A stretch of 64,000 nucleotides of DNA from an uncultured Gammaproteobacteria bacterium (GTDB taxonomy: Bacteria; Patescibacteriota; Microgenomatia; JAMCZE01), in assembly GCA_964641255.1 (NCBI GenBank), contig CAZXMM010000001.1, forward strand, positions 537,984-601,983, written 5' to 3'. A program made the position numbers and the translations under genes. Below the pieces are notes generated by a model. That model was not told where the DNA came from. It ran no database searches and saw only the letters and a list, made by a program, of their open reading frames with translations. Below are positions 25,376 through 34,676 of this stretch, piece after piece; position 1 is the first letter of the stretch, and the number at the start of each line of letters is the position of its first letter.

Positions 25376-28300
25376 ATGAGTAACTACGTCTCACTGCACA
25401 CGCACTCTGAATATTCGCTTCTCGATGGGGCTAGTCGTATTAAGGATCTGATTAAGAAATGCCAGGAATATGACATGCCGGCCATGGCTCTAACGGATCA
25501 CGGGTCCATGTACGGGGCGATCAAATTTTACCTGGCGGCCAAGGAAGCGGGTGTCAACCCAATTATTGGTATGGAAGCCTATCAGGCAGAGAAAGGTCGC
25601 TTGCAAAAAGATGCTGCCGCTGAAAAAGACCGTTTCCATCTAATTCTTCTTGCGACCAATTTTACAGGCTATCAAAATTTGATGCGTCTCAACTCAATTG
25701 GTCATCTTGAAGGCTTTTACTACAAACCCCGAGTTGATTGGGAAGTTTTACAGCAGTATCACGAAGGTTTAATTGCGACCTCGGCCTGTACCAGTGGGCT
25801 GATCGCTACGCGATTAGACCAGGGCGACTGGGCGGGAGCGGTGGAGGCAGCTAGGCGCTACGAGGCAATTTTTGGCAAAGATAACTTTTATCTGGAAATT
25901 CAGCACCATCCGGGTCTGGATAAAATTAACGCCCTTTACGATCAGGTGGTCAAGTTATCTCGTCAGCTGGGCATTCCCCTAGTGGCGACTAATGATTCCC
26001 ACTATACCAACAAAGACGATGCCGAGGCTCAAGAAACTTTACTTTGTATTCAAACCCAAAAGACCTGGAAGGACGAACATCGGCCCCTGACCATGATTGA
26101 TTGCCCCGATTTTTATATCAAATCCCCCAGTGAAATGCAGGCTGCCTTCGCACAGTACCCAGATGCGCTGGAGAATACCTTGAAAATTGCGGCCCGCTGT
26201 CAACTGGAGATCCCTCTAGACAAATACATTTTCCCCAAATTTCCCATTCCCCAGGGAGAAACGTACGATTCATACTTAAGACGCCTGATTGATGAGCGCT
26301 TACCTAGCCGTTACGCGGAGCGCACCGCTGAGATTGACAAGCGAATTAACCACGAGCTGGAAATCATTGAGGCCATGGGCTACGCTTCCTATTTTCTAAT
26401 TGTTGCCGATTTTGCTAACTGGGCGAAAGAACAAAACATTCAAAAAAATGCCCGTGGTTCGGCGGCAGGCTCAATTATCTCTTACATTATGGGGATTTCT
26501 TCCCTGGACCCGCTGGAATATAAACTGCCGTTTGAACGGTTTTTGCACAAAGCTCGTCCCACCCCCCCAGATATTGATATGGATCTAGCTGATGACTCCC
26601 GGGACCGGGTTATTGACTACGTTAAAGAAAAGTACGGGGCTGATAAAGTCGCCCAGATTATTACTTTTGGGACGATGGAATCCCGGGCGGCTGTGCGGGA
26701 CGTTGCCCGGGCCCTAGGTTTTCCTTACGCCGTGGGTGACCGGCTAGCTAAGCTGATTCCACCGGGTAGTCAGGGCTTCCCCATGACGTTTAACCACGCT
26801 TTAGAAATTACTCCCGAGCTAGCTAAAGCTTACAAGGAAGAACCAGAAACCAAAAAAATTATTGATTTGGCTAAAAAATTGGAAGGGGTGGCCAGACACG
26901 CTTCGGTGCACGCTGCCGGAGTAGTGGTCTCGGATGAGCCGCTCACCAGCTACACCCCCCTCCAGCTCGACCCTAAAGGAGGCAAACTGATCACCCAGTA
27001 TGATATGTACGCCCTAGATTTGAATGCGAGTAAACACGCGATTGGCCTGTTAAAAATGGATTTTTTGGGACTGCGCAATTTAACCATTCTTGGACAGGCG
27101 ATAAAGTTTATTGCGGAAAACCAGGGAATAACCATTGATTTGACCAAGCTCCCCCTAGACGACGCTGCAGTTTATAACATGATTGCGAGCGGGGATACGA
27201 CCGGAGTTTTTCAACTGGAGTCGGGAGGAATGCGCAAACTGGCTAAAGAGTTAAAACCGACCGTAATTTACGATTTGGGCGCCATGGTAGCCCTGTATCG
27301 CCCGGGCCCGATGGAAATTATTCCCGAATTTGTGAAGCGTAAGAGAAACCCCGACGTCATTGAATACCTCCACCCCGATCTAGAGCCAATTTTGGGTGAG
27401 ACTTATGGCCTCATTATTTACCAGGAGCAGGTCATGCAGGTGGCTCACGATATGGGCGGTTACACCATGGCCGAAGCCGATGGTTTCAGAAAAGCGATGG
27501 GTAAAAAACTGCCGGAACTCATGAAAAAAGAGGGAGAAAAATTTAAAGCCGGTATGTTAGCTAAGGGCTATACGCAGGATTTGGCAGATAAACTTTTTGC
27601 TTTAATTGAAAAATTTGCTGCCTACGGTTTTAACAAAGCCCATAGCGCCGACTACGGTTTGATTGCTTATCAGACCGCCTATATGAAGTACCACTATCCG
27701 GTCGAGTTTATGACAGCGATGTTAACTGCTGAATCCCGGGGCAATACTGGCGACACCAAAGACGAAAAAATTCAAATGTGTATTGAAGAGTGTAAGCGGA
27801 TGAAAATTGCCGTTTTGCCCCCTGATATTAACCGATCCTTCGTCGAATTTAAAATTGAAGACGGCAAGATCCGTTTTGGTTTATCGGCCATTAAAAATGT
27901 CGGTAGTGCGGCCATCGACTCGATTCTTAAAGCTAGGGAGGGGGGCACTTTTAAATCACTGACCCAGTTCGCAAAGCGGGTGGATCTGCAAAAGGTCAAC
28001 CGCAAGACACTGGAGAGTTTGATTAAGGCGGGGGCCATGGACGCTTTTGGTAAGCGTTCTGCTATGTTAGCTACCCTGGATCAGCTGATTCAAAAGTCAC
28101 ACCGTGAGGCCAAACAGATCAGTAGCGGCCAGACCGGGCTATTTGATTTATCCAGCGAAGACAGTGCTAATGGGGTTGAGGCGGAAGAATTTAGTTTGCC
28201 AATGCTAGCTGAGTTACCCCGGGAACAACTACTGCTCTTTGAACGGGAATTTTTGGGCGTCTACTTGAGTGAGCACCCGGCGCAAAAACAGCTCCTTGAA

Positions 28301-28612
28301 GTGCGGGATATGGTGACTCACGAAATCGCAGATTTGTCTGCCGAGCTACATTTGGGCAAAACCGTCCAGGTGGCGGGCGTAGTGACGACGGTTAAGCGGA
28401 TTTTTACCAAAAAGGCTAACGAAGAAATGGCTTTTTTTACGGTCCAAGGGGTAAGCGGTGCTAAGATTGAGTGTGTGGTCTTTCCCAGAACCTATGCGCT
28501 CCATGCTAGTGAGGGTTTTTGGCAGGAAAATTCTGTCATGCTCATTACGGGTAAACTCGACAACCGGGACGAGCGCCTATCCCTGCTGGTAGAAAGTTGC
28601 CAAAAAGTTTGA
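25376..28612 (+). CDS. dnaE: DNA polymerase III alpha subunit
   Basis: HTHSEYSLLDG, RGSAAGS, PDIDMD, KMDFLGL, YGFNKAHS. Confidence 0.97.
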   Translation: MSNYVSLHTHSEYSLLDGASRIKDLIKKCQEYDMPAMALTDHGSMYGAIKFYLAAKEAGVNPIIGMEAYQAEKGRLQKDAAAEKDRFHLILLATNFTGYQNLMRLNSIGHLEGFYYKPRVDWEVLQQYHEGLIATSACTSGLIATRLDQGDWAGAVEAARRYEAIFGKDNFYLEIQHHPGLDKINALYDQVVKLSRQLGIPLVATNDSHYTNKDDAEAQETLLCIQTQKTWKDEHRPLTMIDCPDFYIKSPSEMQAAFAQYPDALENTLKIAARCQLEIPLDKYIFPKFPIPQGETYDSYLRRLIDERLPSRYAERTAEIDKRINHELEIIEAMGYASYFLIVADFANWAKEQNIQKNARGSAAGSIISYIMGISSLDPLEYKLPFERFLHKARPTPPDIDMDLADDSRDRVIDYVKEKYGADKVAQIITFGTMESRAAVRDVARALGFPYAVGDRLAKLIPPGSQGFPMTFNHALEITPELAKAYKEEPETKKIIDLAKKLEGVARHASVHAAGVVVSDEPLTSYTPLQLDPKGGKLITQYDMYALDLNASKHAIGLLKMDFLGLRNLTILGQAIKFIAENQGITIDLTKLPLDDAAVYNMIASGDTTGVFQLESGGMRKLAKELKPTVIYDLGAMVALYRPGPMEIIPEFVKRKRNPDVIEYLHPDLEPILGETYGLIIYQEQVMQVAHDMGGYTMAEADGFRKAMGKKLPELMKKEGEKFKAGMLAKGYTQDLADKLFALIEKFAAYGFNKAHSADYGLIAYQTAYMKYHYPVEFMTAMLTAESRGNTGDTKDEKIQMCIEECKRMKIAVLPPDINRSFVEFKIEDGKIRFGLSAIKNVGSAAIDSILKAREGGTFKSLTQFAKRVDLQKVNRKTLESLIKAGAMDAFGKRSAMLATLDQLIQKSHREAKQISSGQTGLFDLSSEDSANGVEAEEFSLPMLAELPREQLLLFEREFLGVYLSEHPAQKQLLEVRDMVTHEIADLSAELHLGKTVQVAGVVTTVKRIFTKKANEEMAFFTVQGVSGAKIECVVFPRTYALHASEGFWQENSVMLITGKLDNRDERLSLLVESCQKV

Positions 28613-28625
28613 TATCATCCTCCCT

Positions 28626-28919
28626 ATGACCCTAGACTTTCGCGTTGGCGATACTATCCGAGTCCACCAAAAGATTCAGGAGGGGGAAAAAACTCGCGCC
28701 CAAATCTTTGAGGGTATTGTTCTTAAAATTGACAATAATGCCCAGACTTTTACGGTGCGCAAAGTGACTGAAGGAATTGGAGTGGAGCGGATCTGGCCTT
28801 TTGTCACGCCTTGGGTAGAAAAAATTGAGGTCAAAAAAAGGGCCAAAAAAGTCATTCGGGCTAAACTCTACCATTTGCGCAATTTAACTGTTAAAGAGAC
28901 CGCTAGGGTAGTGGCCTAA
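28626..28919 (+). CDS. rplS: 50S ribosomal protein L19
   Basis: DFRVGDTIRVH.KI.EG...QIFEGIV, GIGVERIWP, RAKLYHLR. Confidence 0.95.
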   Translation: MTLDFRVGDTIRVHQKIQEGEKTRAQIFEGIVLKIDNNAQTFTVRKVTEGIGVERIWPFVTPWVEKIEVKKRAKKVIRAKLYHLRNLTVKETARVVA

Positions 28920-28936
28920 GTGTTACAATCTAGGGG

Positions 28937-29449
28937 ATGGGAATACTACTTCTTGATGACCGCCAGTCGGACCTTAAAGTTAGTCCCCTAACCCTTATCT
29001 TTCTTCGGGACGGTGATAAAGTTCTAGCGCTTAAACGCAGCTTTCAAAAAAAGATTCACCCCAATAAATGGTCTGGGTTTGGAGGCAAGGTGGAGCCGGG
29101 TGAGGAACTTTTTGCCTCAGCTAGACGCGAACTCCTCGAGGAAACAGGCCTGACTGTGGATACTCTTACCCTCAAAGGTACTTTTATCCGTTTGATTTAC
29201 GGTTACGTAAATTTTATCTATCTGTTGGTGGCGACTGGTCATCATGGCCAGCTTAGGAAAACAGATGAAGGCGAAATAGCCTGGCGTCAAATTCCCGACC
29301 TACTGGCCGATCCGAACTTAGTGGACCATTTAAAGCTCTATCTGTCTCAGATTTTAGAGCCGAATTCGGATTTCTTTTCTGCGATAGCTAACGAGGACCT
29401 TTCGTTTTATGTCACTAATCACTCGCATTTTGCAGAGAGAGGGAAATAG
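28937..29449 (+). CDS. NUDIX hydrolase (MutT-like)
   Basis: Nudix box GGKVEPGEELFASARRELLEETGL. Confidence 0.9.
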   Translation: MGILLLDDRQSDLKVSPLTLIFLRDGDKVLALKRSFQKKIHPNKWSGFGGKVEPGEELFASARRELLEETGLTVDTLTLKGTFIRLIYGYVNFIYLLVATGHHGQLRKTDEGEIAWRQIPDLLADPNLVDHLKLYLSQILEPNSDFFSAIANEDLSFYVTNHSHFAERGK

Positions 29450-29494
29450 CAACGAGTTGTGACCACCCAATTTAACATAGTATAATCACCCAGC

Positions 29495-29569
29495 GGGGTG
29501 ATAGCTCAGTGGTAGAGCAGGAGCCTTTTAAGCTCTTGGTCCAGGGTTCGAATCCCTGTCACCCCACCA
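29495..29569 (+). tRNA. tRNA-Lys(TTT)
   Basis: GGGGTGA...TCACCCCACCA; anticodon loop CTTTTAA; CCA encoded. Confidence 0.96.
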
Positions 29570-29591
29570 TAAAGTAAGACATCGATTTTGC

Positions 29592-29663
29592 GGCGCGTTC
29601 ATCTAACGGTTAGGATAGCAGATTTTCACTCTGCTCACAGGGGTCCGACTCCCCTACGCGCTA
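29592..29663 (+). tRNA. tRNA-Glu(TTC)
   Basis: GGCGCGT...ACGCGCTA; arm GCAGA-TTTTCAC-TCTGC; T-loop variant TCCGACT. Confidence 0.92.
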
Positions 29664-29680
29664 CTGGGATTTTGTAGGGC

Positions 29681-30241
29681 ATGTCAAAGAATTTCACCGC
29701 TCTCAAATCGACACTTCTGACTCTTTTATCTCAAGCTGAGTTTGAACTGAAGTGCGAACACGCCCTAGATACTCTGAAATGGGTAAAAAGAATGGCTAGT
29801 CAAGCCGATGAGGCTCTTCAAATTGCCGCTTTAGCTCACGATCTTGAACGAGCTGTTCCTCCAATGATCAGGAGGCGAGTCAACGAAGCTCATAAAGACT
29901 ACAAAAAGAGACATGCCAAGCGCAGCGCCTTATTAATTATGGACCTAATGCGTAAACAGGGCTATTCCCAGCCGCTTTGGGAAAAGACGGGGTTGTTGGT
30001 GGAAAATCATGAAATTGGGGGAGATTTGGAGACAGATATCTTAAGAGATGCCGATAGTATTTCCTTTTTTTCCTGTAACATTGATTGGTATTTTCACTAT
30101 AAGCAGGGTGATTTAGAGCTGCTGAAAAAACAAATAGCCTACAAGTATGATCGGGCCAGCCCTAGAGCAAGGAGTCTAATTAAGCTGATTAAAATCAAAA
30201 ATCCAGTGCTAAGTGAGGCTTGTCGAAATATTTTTACCTAG
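29681..30241 (+). CDS. HD-superfamily protein (DUF4202-like)
   Basis: EHALDTLKWV, IAALAHDLER, HAKRSA, HE, LRDADSISFF. Confidence 0.75.
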   Translation: MSKNFTALKSTLLTLLSQAEFELKCEHALDTLKWVKRMASQADEALQIAALAHDLERAVPPMIRRRVNEAHKDYKKRHAKRSALLIMDLMRKQGYSQPLWEKTGLLVENHEIGGDLETDILRDADSISFFSCNIDWYFHYKQGDLELLKKQIAYKYDRASPRARSLIKLIKIKNPVLSEACRNIFT

Positions 30242-30354
30242 GAAATTACGACTAACTTTGTTACTTCGTTATTATTTCAGGCGTGGTAATTGCATCTGGT
30301 TGATTGTCCGCTATACTACTATGGGGTATAATACGGTTAAGGGAGTAGCTTAAC

Positions 30355-30888
30355 ATGCCGAGAGAAACTGGAAATAGAAGCTTAGATAGCTTTATAGCTC
30401 AATTACCAGAACACGGTGCAAGTTATCGTGCTAAGTTGCGCGCTTGCGGTCCACTTCTTCTTGGCTCATTACCGCTGCAAGAAATTAACGAACATCGTTT
30501 AGTATGTGAAGCTCCCGTGTGCCGAGCTTGGCATCAAATTCCCAATCTGCCAACCGGACTTAGAATTGTGCAAGGCCTCCTGGCTGTAAATGACCAACGG
30601 CTTTCGTTTGGGGACTCAAGACAGCGTAATCATACTTATGCGGTTGTAGAACATACTGGACAGACTCGTGTAATTGACTTTTGCCCAGCCCAGGTAGTTA
30701 GGCCCGGAGACAAACTTGAACCGGGCGAGCGAATTGCTGTTTTAGAACTCATGGCGCCAGAATTATTTTTAAAGTTTGATGCTGAGCGAGTACTTTTTGC
30801 TAGTCCGGAAGCGATAAGTGCGCAGCTTGGTCTAATCTACGGTGGGTCTCCGCCAGTTACTCAAAGAGCTCGTAATAAAAGGAAATGA
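30355..30888 (+). CDS. Hypothetical protein
   Basis: 177 aa ORF with TATAAT and SD-like GGGAG upstream; C...HTYAVV...IDF pattern weakly recalls a papain/transglutaminase-like triad. Confidence 0.55.
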   Translation: MPRETGNRSLDSFIAQLPEHGASYRAKLRACGPLLLGSLPLQEINEHRLVCEAPVCRAWHQIPNLPTGLRIVQGLLAVNDQRLSFGDSRQRNHTYAVVEHTGQTRVIDFCPAQVVRPGDKLEPGERIAVLELMAPELFLKFDAERVLFASPEAISAQLGLIYGGSPPVTQRARNKRK

Positions 30889-30907
30889 GCTTACCCTTTA
30901 TTCACTT

Positions 30908-31357
30908 ATGATAACCGAGAGCAAAGAAAATATTGTTGTTGTTAAATTTTCACCCGATGTGGTAGTGCCCAAGACCGCTTGGACTCTTGATAATGCCCAA
31001 AGGGATAAGTTTGCTTATCCAGGCAGCAAAAACGTTAGTGTCAATGTAATTACTCCACTTAGTCTGGATAAGCCGTGTACGGTGAGCTTTAAGCCCAATG
31101 GTTATTCAGCTCAGCGATTAGAACTGAATGGCTCAAAAGTTACTATCGCTGAAGTATTTGCTAACGGTAAACCGCAGGTCAAGCGCGTTTTAGGTACAGA
31201 AGCCTGGGAGTTTCGTCCCAACATTCCCCCAGCTGGGCCCTTTGCCGCAATCGCCCTGCTATTGCCGGCCTTTTACACCGAGAAACAGCTTTTAGCCTAC
31301 ATGGAAAGTTTTGACGTTCTTTACAGCACGGTTTTTATTAAAGGTATCACCCGTTAA
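30908..31357 (+). CDS. Hypothetical protein
   Basis: ORF following 30355; no recognised motif. Confidence 0.5.
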   Translation: MITESKENIVVVKFSPDVVVPKTAWTLDNAQRDKFAYPGSKNVSVNVITPLSLDKPCTVSFKPNGYSAQRLELNGSKVTIAEVFANGKPQVKRVLGTEAWEFRPNIPPAGPFAAIALLLPAFYTEKQLLAYMESFDVLYSTVFIKGITR

Positions 31358-32162
31358 ATTGCCGATTCTTTAAATCAATAATGGCTTGGGGGACGGTAGC
31401 AATTGATTTGGCTAACACTAGTTTGCCCTGGGCGATGAACGGCTCAACCTCGTCTGTTGAGGGGGAACTACGCAGCCCGGGCACTAAGATTGCTCGGCCC
31501 CCGAGCATAAGGACTGGCCTAGCTCCGGCCTTCCAATTATCCTCAACAATCAGAAAGCGGGCGGGGTCGATATCTCTTGCTGTCAAAGCTTCCGCTATTT
31601 GCTCCGCCTTGGGTCTATAAACGTGGAAGTCTACGATTTGTTCTTCGGAAAAAAACTGAGTCCAATTGTTGGCTTCCAGTTTCAGCTTAGTCCACAGCCC
31701 CGTGGCGTGGCTCATCAGTAGTAGCTTTACGTTACAACGCGCCAATAGTTCTAGTGTCTCAGTAGCTCCAGCCAGGGCCCTAGGAGTGAGTTCTGGGGTA
31801 TAAATGGCTCGCATACAAGCTTGGGCCCGCTCGATTGCTGATAAATCCGCAATTCCCATAGATTCTGCGGTCGCCTGAACGGCGGCTTCAACGATTGGAG
31901 GTGCCACATTAAAAGTGGGCGCTAGTGCTCCAGTGGCCTGAGATAGGTTTTGCTTTACTTCGGCAAAGGTGATACTAGTACCTCTAACGGCCGCATACAG
32001 GGCTTGGGCCGCCTGGTGATAGGCTAGAATAAACACCGTCTCGGTGTTAACTAGGGTCTGGTCCATATCGAGCCCAATATGGCTAGGATCTAAAACCCTA
32101 ACCGCTTCCTGAAGTGCTAAGAGCTCGGTTTCTTGCTGGAAAGCTTCTACTGCCTGCTTCAT
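31347..32162 (-). CDS. HAD-superfamily hydrolase
   Basis: LDMDQTLV (motif I), MSHA, RPK, VEDN; start ATG 32162. Confidence 0.85.
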   Translation of the reverse strand: MKQAVEAFQQETELLALQEAVRVLDPSHIGLDMDQTLVNTETVFILAYHQAAQALYAAVRGTSITFAEVKQNLSQATGALAPTFNVAPPIVEAAVQATAESMGIADLSAIERAQACMRAIYTPELTPRALAGATETLELLARCNVKLLLMSHATGLWTKLKLEANNWTQFFSEEQIVDFHVYRPKAEQIAEALTARDIDPARFLIVEDNWKAGARPVLMLGGRAILVPGLRSSPSTDEVEPFIAQGKLVLAKSIATVPQAIIDLKNRQFNG

Positions 32163-32168
32163 TCGTGC

Positions 32169-32225
32169 TATAATACTTTCGCTACCGGAAATTGCAACCC
32201 CGATGCCTACCAAGCGGGGTTTTTT
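32169..32225 (+). promoter_or_regulatory. Overlapping divergent -10 boxes plus terminator-like hairpin in the typA leader
   Basis: TGCTATAAT (+), TATTAT (-); AACCCCG-N12-CGGGGTT-TTTT ending 7 nt before the typA ATG. Confidence 0.55.
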
Positions 32226-32232
32226 ACTGACT

Positions 32233-34053
32233 ATGAACAATATAAGAAATGTTGCCATTATCGCTCACGTGGACCACGGTAAAACTACTCTGGTGGATGC
32301 TCTGTTGCGCCAGTCCAAGACCCATATGACTAAGGATCAGGCGGCCCTGGGCGAGCTCATCATGGATAGTAATGATTTGGAGCGGGAGCGGGGTATTACC
32401 ATTTTTTCCAAGAATGCGGCGGTTAATTGGCGGGGAGTAAAAATTAACATCATTGATACCCCCGGCCACGCAGATTTTGGCGGCGAAGTAGAGCGAGTAC
32501 TTAAGATGGCTGACGGGGCACTTCTCCTTATTGACGCCAAAGAGGGGCCAATGCCCCAGACTCGCTTTGTTCTTAAAAAAGCCTTAGAGCTGGGGCTTAA
32601 AATCATCGTGGTGGTCAACAAAATCGACAAACCAGACGCCCGGCCGGAGTGGGCTTTGGGAAAGACTTTTGATTTGTTTGTCGAGCTGGGGGCGGATGAT
32701 AATGCGGCCTTTTTCCCTATTCTCTACGCTGTCGGGCGCGATGGTAAAGCCGGCCCCACCGCCAATATCTCGGAAATGACTGATATTGCTCCAGTCTTTG
32801 AAATGATCATCAAAGAGATTCCCGCTCCCAACGGCGATTCCTTGGCCCCACTCCAAATGCTGGTCACCACCATTAAGGGCAATGAGCATAAAGGCAGGAT
32901 CGCAACCTGCCGGATTTATAACGGGACAGTCAAAAACAAGCAGGAAGTGGCCCATATCAACCGGGACGGGGTGATCAAGAAAGTGCGTCTGACCTCCCTT
33001 ATCAGTTTTGAGGGACTCGATCAGGTAGAAATCGAGGAGGCCCAGGCTGGAGATATTGTGGCTGTGGCTGGAATCAGCGATGTCAATATTGGTGAAACTA
33101 TCGCCGACCCAGTTACACCAGTAGCTCTGCCGCTACTAAATATTGAACAGCCCACCGTCAAAATGACTTTTTCCATTAATAATTCCCCTTTTGCCGGCAG
33201 GGAGGGCAAATTTACTACCTCACGTCAGATCCGTGAGCGGCTGATGAAAGAATTAGAGACAGATATGGCTCTGAGGGTTGAGGATACCAGCAGCGCCGGA
33301 GAGTGGGTGGTGTCCGGCCGGGGCGAGCTGCATCTTGCCATTCTCATTGAGCGTTTGCGGCGGGAAAATTATGAACTGCAGGTCAGTAAGCCCCAGGTTA
33401 TTGAGCAGGTAGTTGGTGGCCAGAAACTTGTTCCTTATGAACAGCTGTTGATTGAGGTGCCGGAGCAATTTAGTGGCATCATCATGCAAAAGATGGGGAG
33501 CCGCCACGGAGAGCTTAAGGACATGCGCACAGAAGCCAACGGTGTTACAACTTTTGAATTTCTTATCCCCACTCGCGGGCTTCTTGGTTACCGGGGAGAA
33601 TTTTTGACTGACACTAAGGGGCTCGGCATTATGAATTCTTCACTGGCTGATTATGCCCCCGATGTGCCGGTTTGGGCGGAAAAGGACCACGGCTCTATTG
33701 TGGCCTTTGAAACGGGAGTCACGACCTATTACGGACTATTAGCAGCCCAGGATCGGGGCCTCCTTTTTATTCAATCCGGTATGCCAGTCTATAAAGGCCA
33801 AGTGGTCGGAGAAAGCTCCCGAGCGGAGAACATTGTGGTCAATGTGTGTAAAGAGAAGCACCTTACTAACAATCGTTCCAAAGGCGAGGGCGTTGGTGAA
33901 CATTTTAACTCGGCCAAAGAGATGACTCTGGATGATGCTCTAGAATATATTGGGGATGATGAGCTGGTGGAAGTCACTCCCAAGAGTATTCGCTTGCGAA
34001 AGAAAATCCTAGATGAACAAGAAGCCAAAAGAGCAGCACGGGGTTTACTCTAA
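32233..34053 (+). CDS. typA: Translational GTPase TypA/BipA
   Basis: IRNVAIIAHVDHGKTTLVD, ERERGITI, DTPGHADFGGEVER, GRGELHL, VEVTPKSIRLRK. Confidence 0.97.
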   Translation: MNNIRNVAIIAHVDHGKTTLVDALLRQSKTHMTKDQAALGELIMDSNDLERERGITIFSKNAAVNWRGVKINIIDTPGHADFGGEVERVLKMADGALLLIDAKEGPMPQTRFVLKKALELGLKIIVVVNKIDKPDARPEWALGKTFDLFVELGADDNAAFFPILYAVGRDGKAGPTANISEMTDIAPVFEMIIKEIPAPNGDSLAPLQMLVTTIKGNEHKGRIATCRIYNGTVKNKQEVAHINRDGVIKKVRLTSLISFEGLDQVEIEEAQAGDIVAVAGISDVNIGETIADPVTPVALPLLNIEQPTVKMTFSINNSPFAGREGKFTTSRQIRERLMKELETDMALRVEDTSSAGEWVVSGRGELHLAILIERLRRENYELQVSKPQVIEQVVGGQKLVPYEQLLIEVPEQFSGIIMQKMGSRHGELKDMRTEANGVTTFEFLIPTRGLLGYRGEFLTDTKGLGIMNSSLADYAPDVPVWAEKDHGSIVAFETGVTTYYGLLAAQDRGLLFIQSGMPVYKGQVVGESSRAENIVVNVCKEKHLTNNRSKGEGVGEHFNSAKEMTLDDALEYIGDDELVEVTPKSIRLRKKILDEQEAKRAARGLL

Positions 34054-34076
34054 TTTTTGGGTGCTATACTTACGAA

Positions 34077-34607
34077 GTGAAGAAAAAACACTTTCTAATC
34101 CCCCAAACAGTGCCTACAACCTTTGCCTTCATCGATAGTCAAAACCTAAATTTAGGAGTTAAAAGCCAAGGCTGGCAACTAGACTTTAGTCGGTTTTACA
34201 TTCTTCTTAAGGAGAAATACCATGTCAGCAAGGTCTTTCTTTTTATTGGCTTTGTCAAAGAAAATCAGCTTCTTTACACCTATTTACAAAAGGCTAATTA
34301 CATTTGTGTATTTAAGCCAACCCTCGAACACTCGGAAAAAGGAAAGTTAGTTATAAAAGGCAATGTTGACGCTGAACTTGTTCTTCACACTATGATTGAG
34401 TATCCAAATTATGATAAGGCAATCATCGTCTCCGGTGATGGTGATTTTCGGTGCCTAATTGAGCATCTCGATCATAAGCATAAGCTAGCAAAAATAATTG
34501 TCCCCAGTCGGAAGTATTCCTCACTACTTAGAGCATTTAGTCAATATATTGTTAGTGTGGAGCTTTTCAGGGATAAGGTGAAGAAACAAAAGAGAGGCAT
34601 TCCCTAG
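34077..34607 (+). CDS. NYN domain (LabA/DUF88, PIN-like) putative RNase
   Basis: AFIDSQNL, KGNVDAELV, IVSGDGDF, YSSLL; acidic residues intact. Confidence 0.9.
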   Translation: MKKKHFLIPQTVPTTFAFIDSQNLNLGVKSQGWQLDFSRFYILLKEKYHVSKVFLFIGFVKENQLLYTYLQKANYICVFKPTLEHSEKGKLVIKGNVDAELVLHTMIEYPNYDKAIIVSGDGDFRCLIEHLDHKHKLAKIIVPSRKYSSLLRAFSQYIVSVELFRDKVKKQKRGIP

Positions 34608-34642
34608 GGACAAAACCCTTTGGTAGTCCTCTCATCGTGATC
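34581..34642 (-). ncRNA. Predicted structured small RNA antisense to the NYN gene 3' end
   Basis: Downstream of a minus-strand promoter; stems GAGAGG/CCUCUC and AGGG/CCCU; ends UUUUGUUUCUU. Confidence 0.55.
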
Positions 34643-34647
34643 AGGTG

Positions 34648-34676
34648 ATTATAGCTCATTGTATGAAATTATTCAA
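34648..34676 (-). promoter_or_regulatory. sigma70-type promoter TTGAAT-N17-TATAAT
   Basis: Reverse complement of ATTATA (34648-34653), 17 nt, ATTCAA (34671-34676). Confidence 0.7.
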
